Shown here: one piece after another, positions 63,465 through 64,000 of the stretch | Numbering within the stretch: position 1 is the stretch's first letter | Layout: every line of letters starts with the position of its first letter | NCBI GenBank assembly: GCA_951406725.2 | Contig: OX597833.1 | Span: 22,444,001 to 22,508,000, forward strand | From: Octopus vulgaris | Lineage: Eukaryota | DNA length: 64,000 nt | Direction: 5' to 3' | Program-made: the position numbers and the translations under genes | The notes under the pieces: model-generated | What the model was told of the DNA's origin: nothing | The model's input: only the letters and a program-made list of their open reading frames with translations | Databases searched by the model: none

Positions 63465-63802
63465 AAAGACCCCCTTCGGTCATGAGTGACCATGGGTTTG
63501 CACCTAGAGAGTTACCCTCTGAGGCACAAGTCTGGGCAAGGTTTTTTTTTTTATGGAAGACCAGTAGTCGTCCATGCATACCGGCCTCCCCTCTCCATGC
63601 CACCAGTGTTATCCAAGGGAAAGACAAAGGTCGATACAGCTTGGCACCTGTGACGTCGCAACTCATTTCTACAGCTGAGTGAACTGGAGCAACGTGAAAT
63701 AAAGTGTCTTGCTCAAGAACACAACACGCAGCCCGGTCCGGGATTCGAGCTCACAACCTCACGATCGTAAGCTCGACGCTCTAACCACTGAGCCATGCGC
63801 CT
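63465..63802 (-). mobile_element. tRNA-derived SINE, family D
   Basis: Reverse complement GGCGCATGGCTCAGTGGTTAGAGCG...GAGCTCGAATCCCGG (A/B boxes), then CTTGAGCAAGACACTT central domain; flanked by (TA)n. Confidence 0.88.
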
Positions 63803-63946
63803 ATATATATATATATATTAGAAGAAATAAGGTACTCAGAAATCTGGATGGTTTTATATTTAGAGATTTTTATTAATATGTCACATGCTTTTATAACTCA
63901 TATATTAGCGCTTGCATCTACTCTAGTAGAATCTCCAGATTTGATT

Positions 63947-63993
<47 letters not shown>

Positions 63994-64000
63994 GTATATA

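Noticed and set aside
63730-63802. tRNA genes at SINE heads (also 50580, 31530-31604)
   Set aside because: The cloverleaves are imperfect and run directly into SINE bodies; they are not functional tRNAs.

Overview
Eukaryotic, AT-rich, microsatellite- and transposon-dense DNA. The tRNA-derived SINEs, RTE LINEs with (GAT)n tails, Helitrons and (TA)n/(CA)n tracts strongly suggest an Octopus (coleoid cephalopod) genome; this is an inference from repeat content. I find no intact host protein-coding gene. Three zones: (1) 1-~17.5 kb is a strand-skewed, hierarchical non-coding tandem array (31-32 bp motif, ~0.5 kb subunits, ~2.3 kb higher-order units). It is studded on the minus strand with ultra-short 20-37 nt GT...AG splice-site cassettes and ends in a 31-bp minisatellite. 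(2) ~20-28.5 kb holds MITE-like elements and a promoter-like region with divergent YY1 motifs. (3) 29-64 kb is a transposon graveyard: SINEs, mariner and hAT remnants, a 1.2 kb foldback, a Penelope-like GIY-YIG element, two tail-to-tail RTE LINEs, Gypsy and CR1-like fragments, and two Helitrons, one carrying 23-aa STPR-like repeats. The most notable find is a ~351-nt tandem repeat in which each unit carries a minimal type I hammerhead ribozyme with a compensatory U3-A8 core (retrozyme/circRNA-like), with a third dispersed copy at ~51 kb. Two further hammerhead-like motifs have greatly extended stem II.
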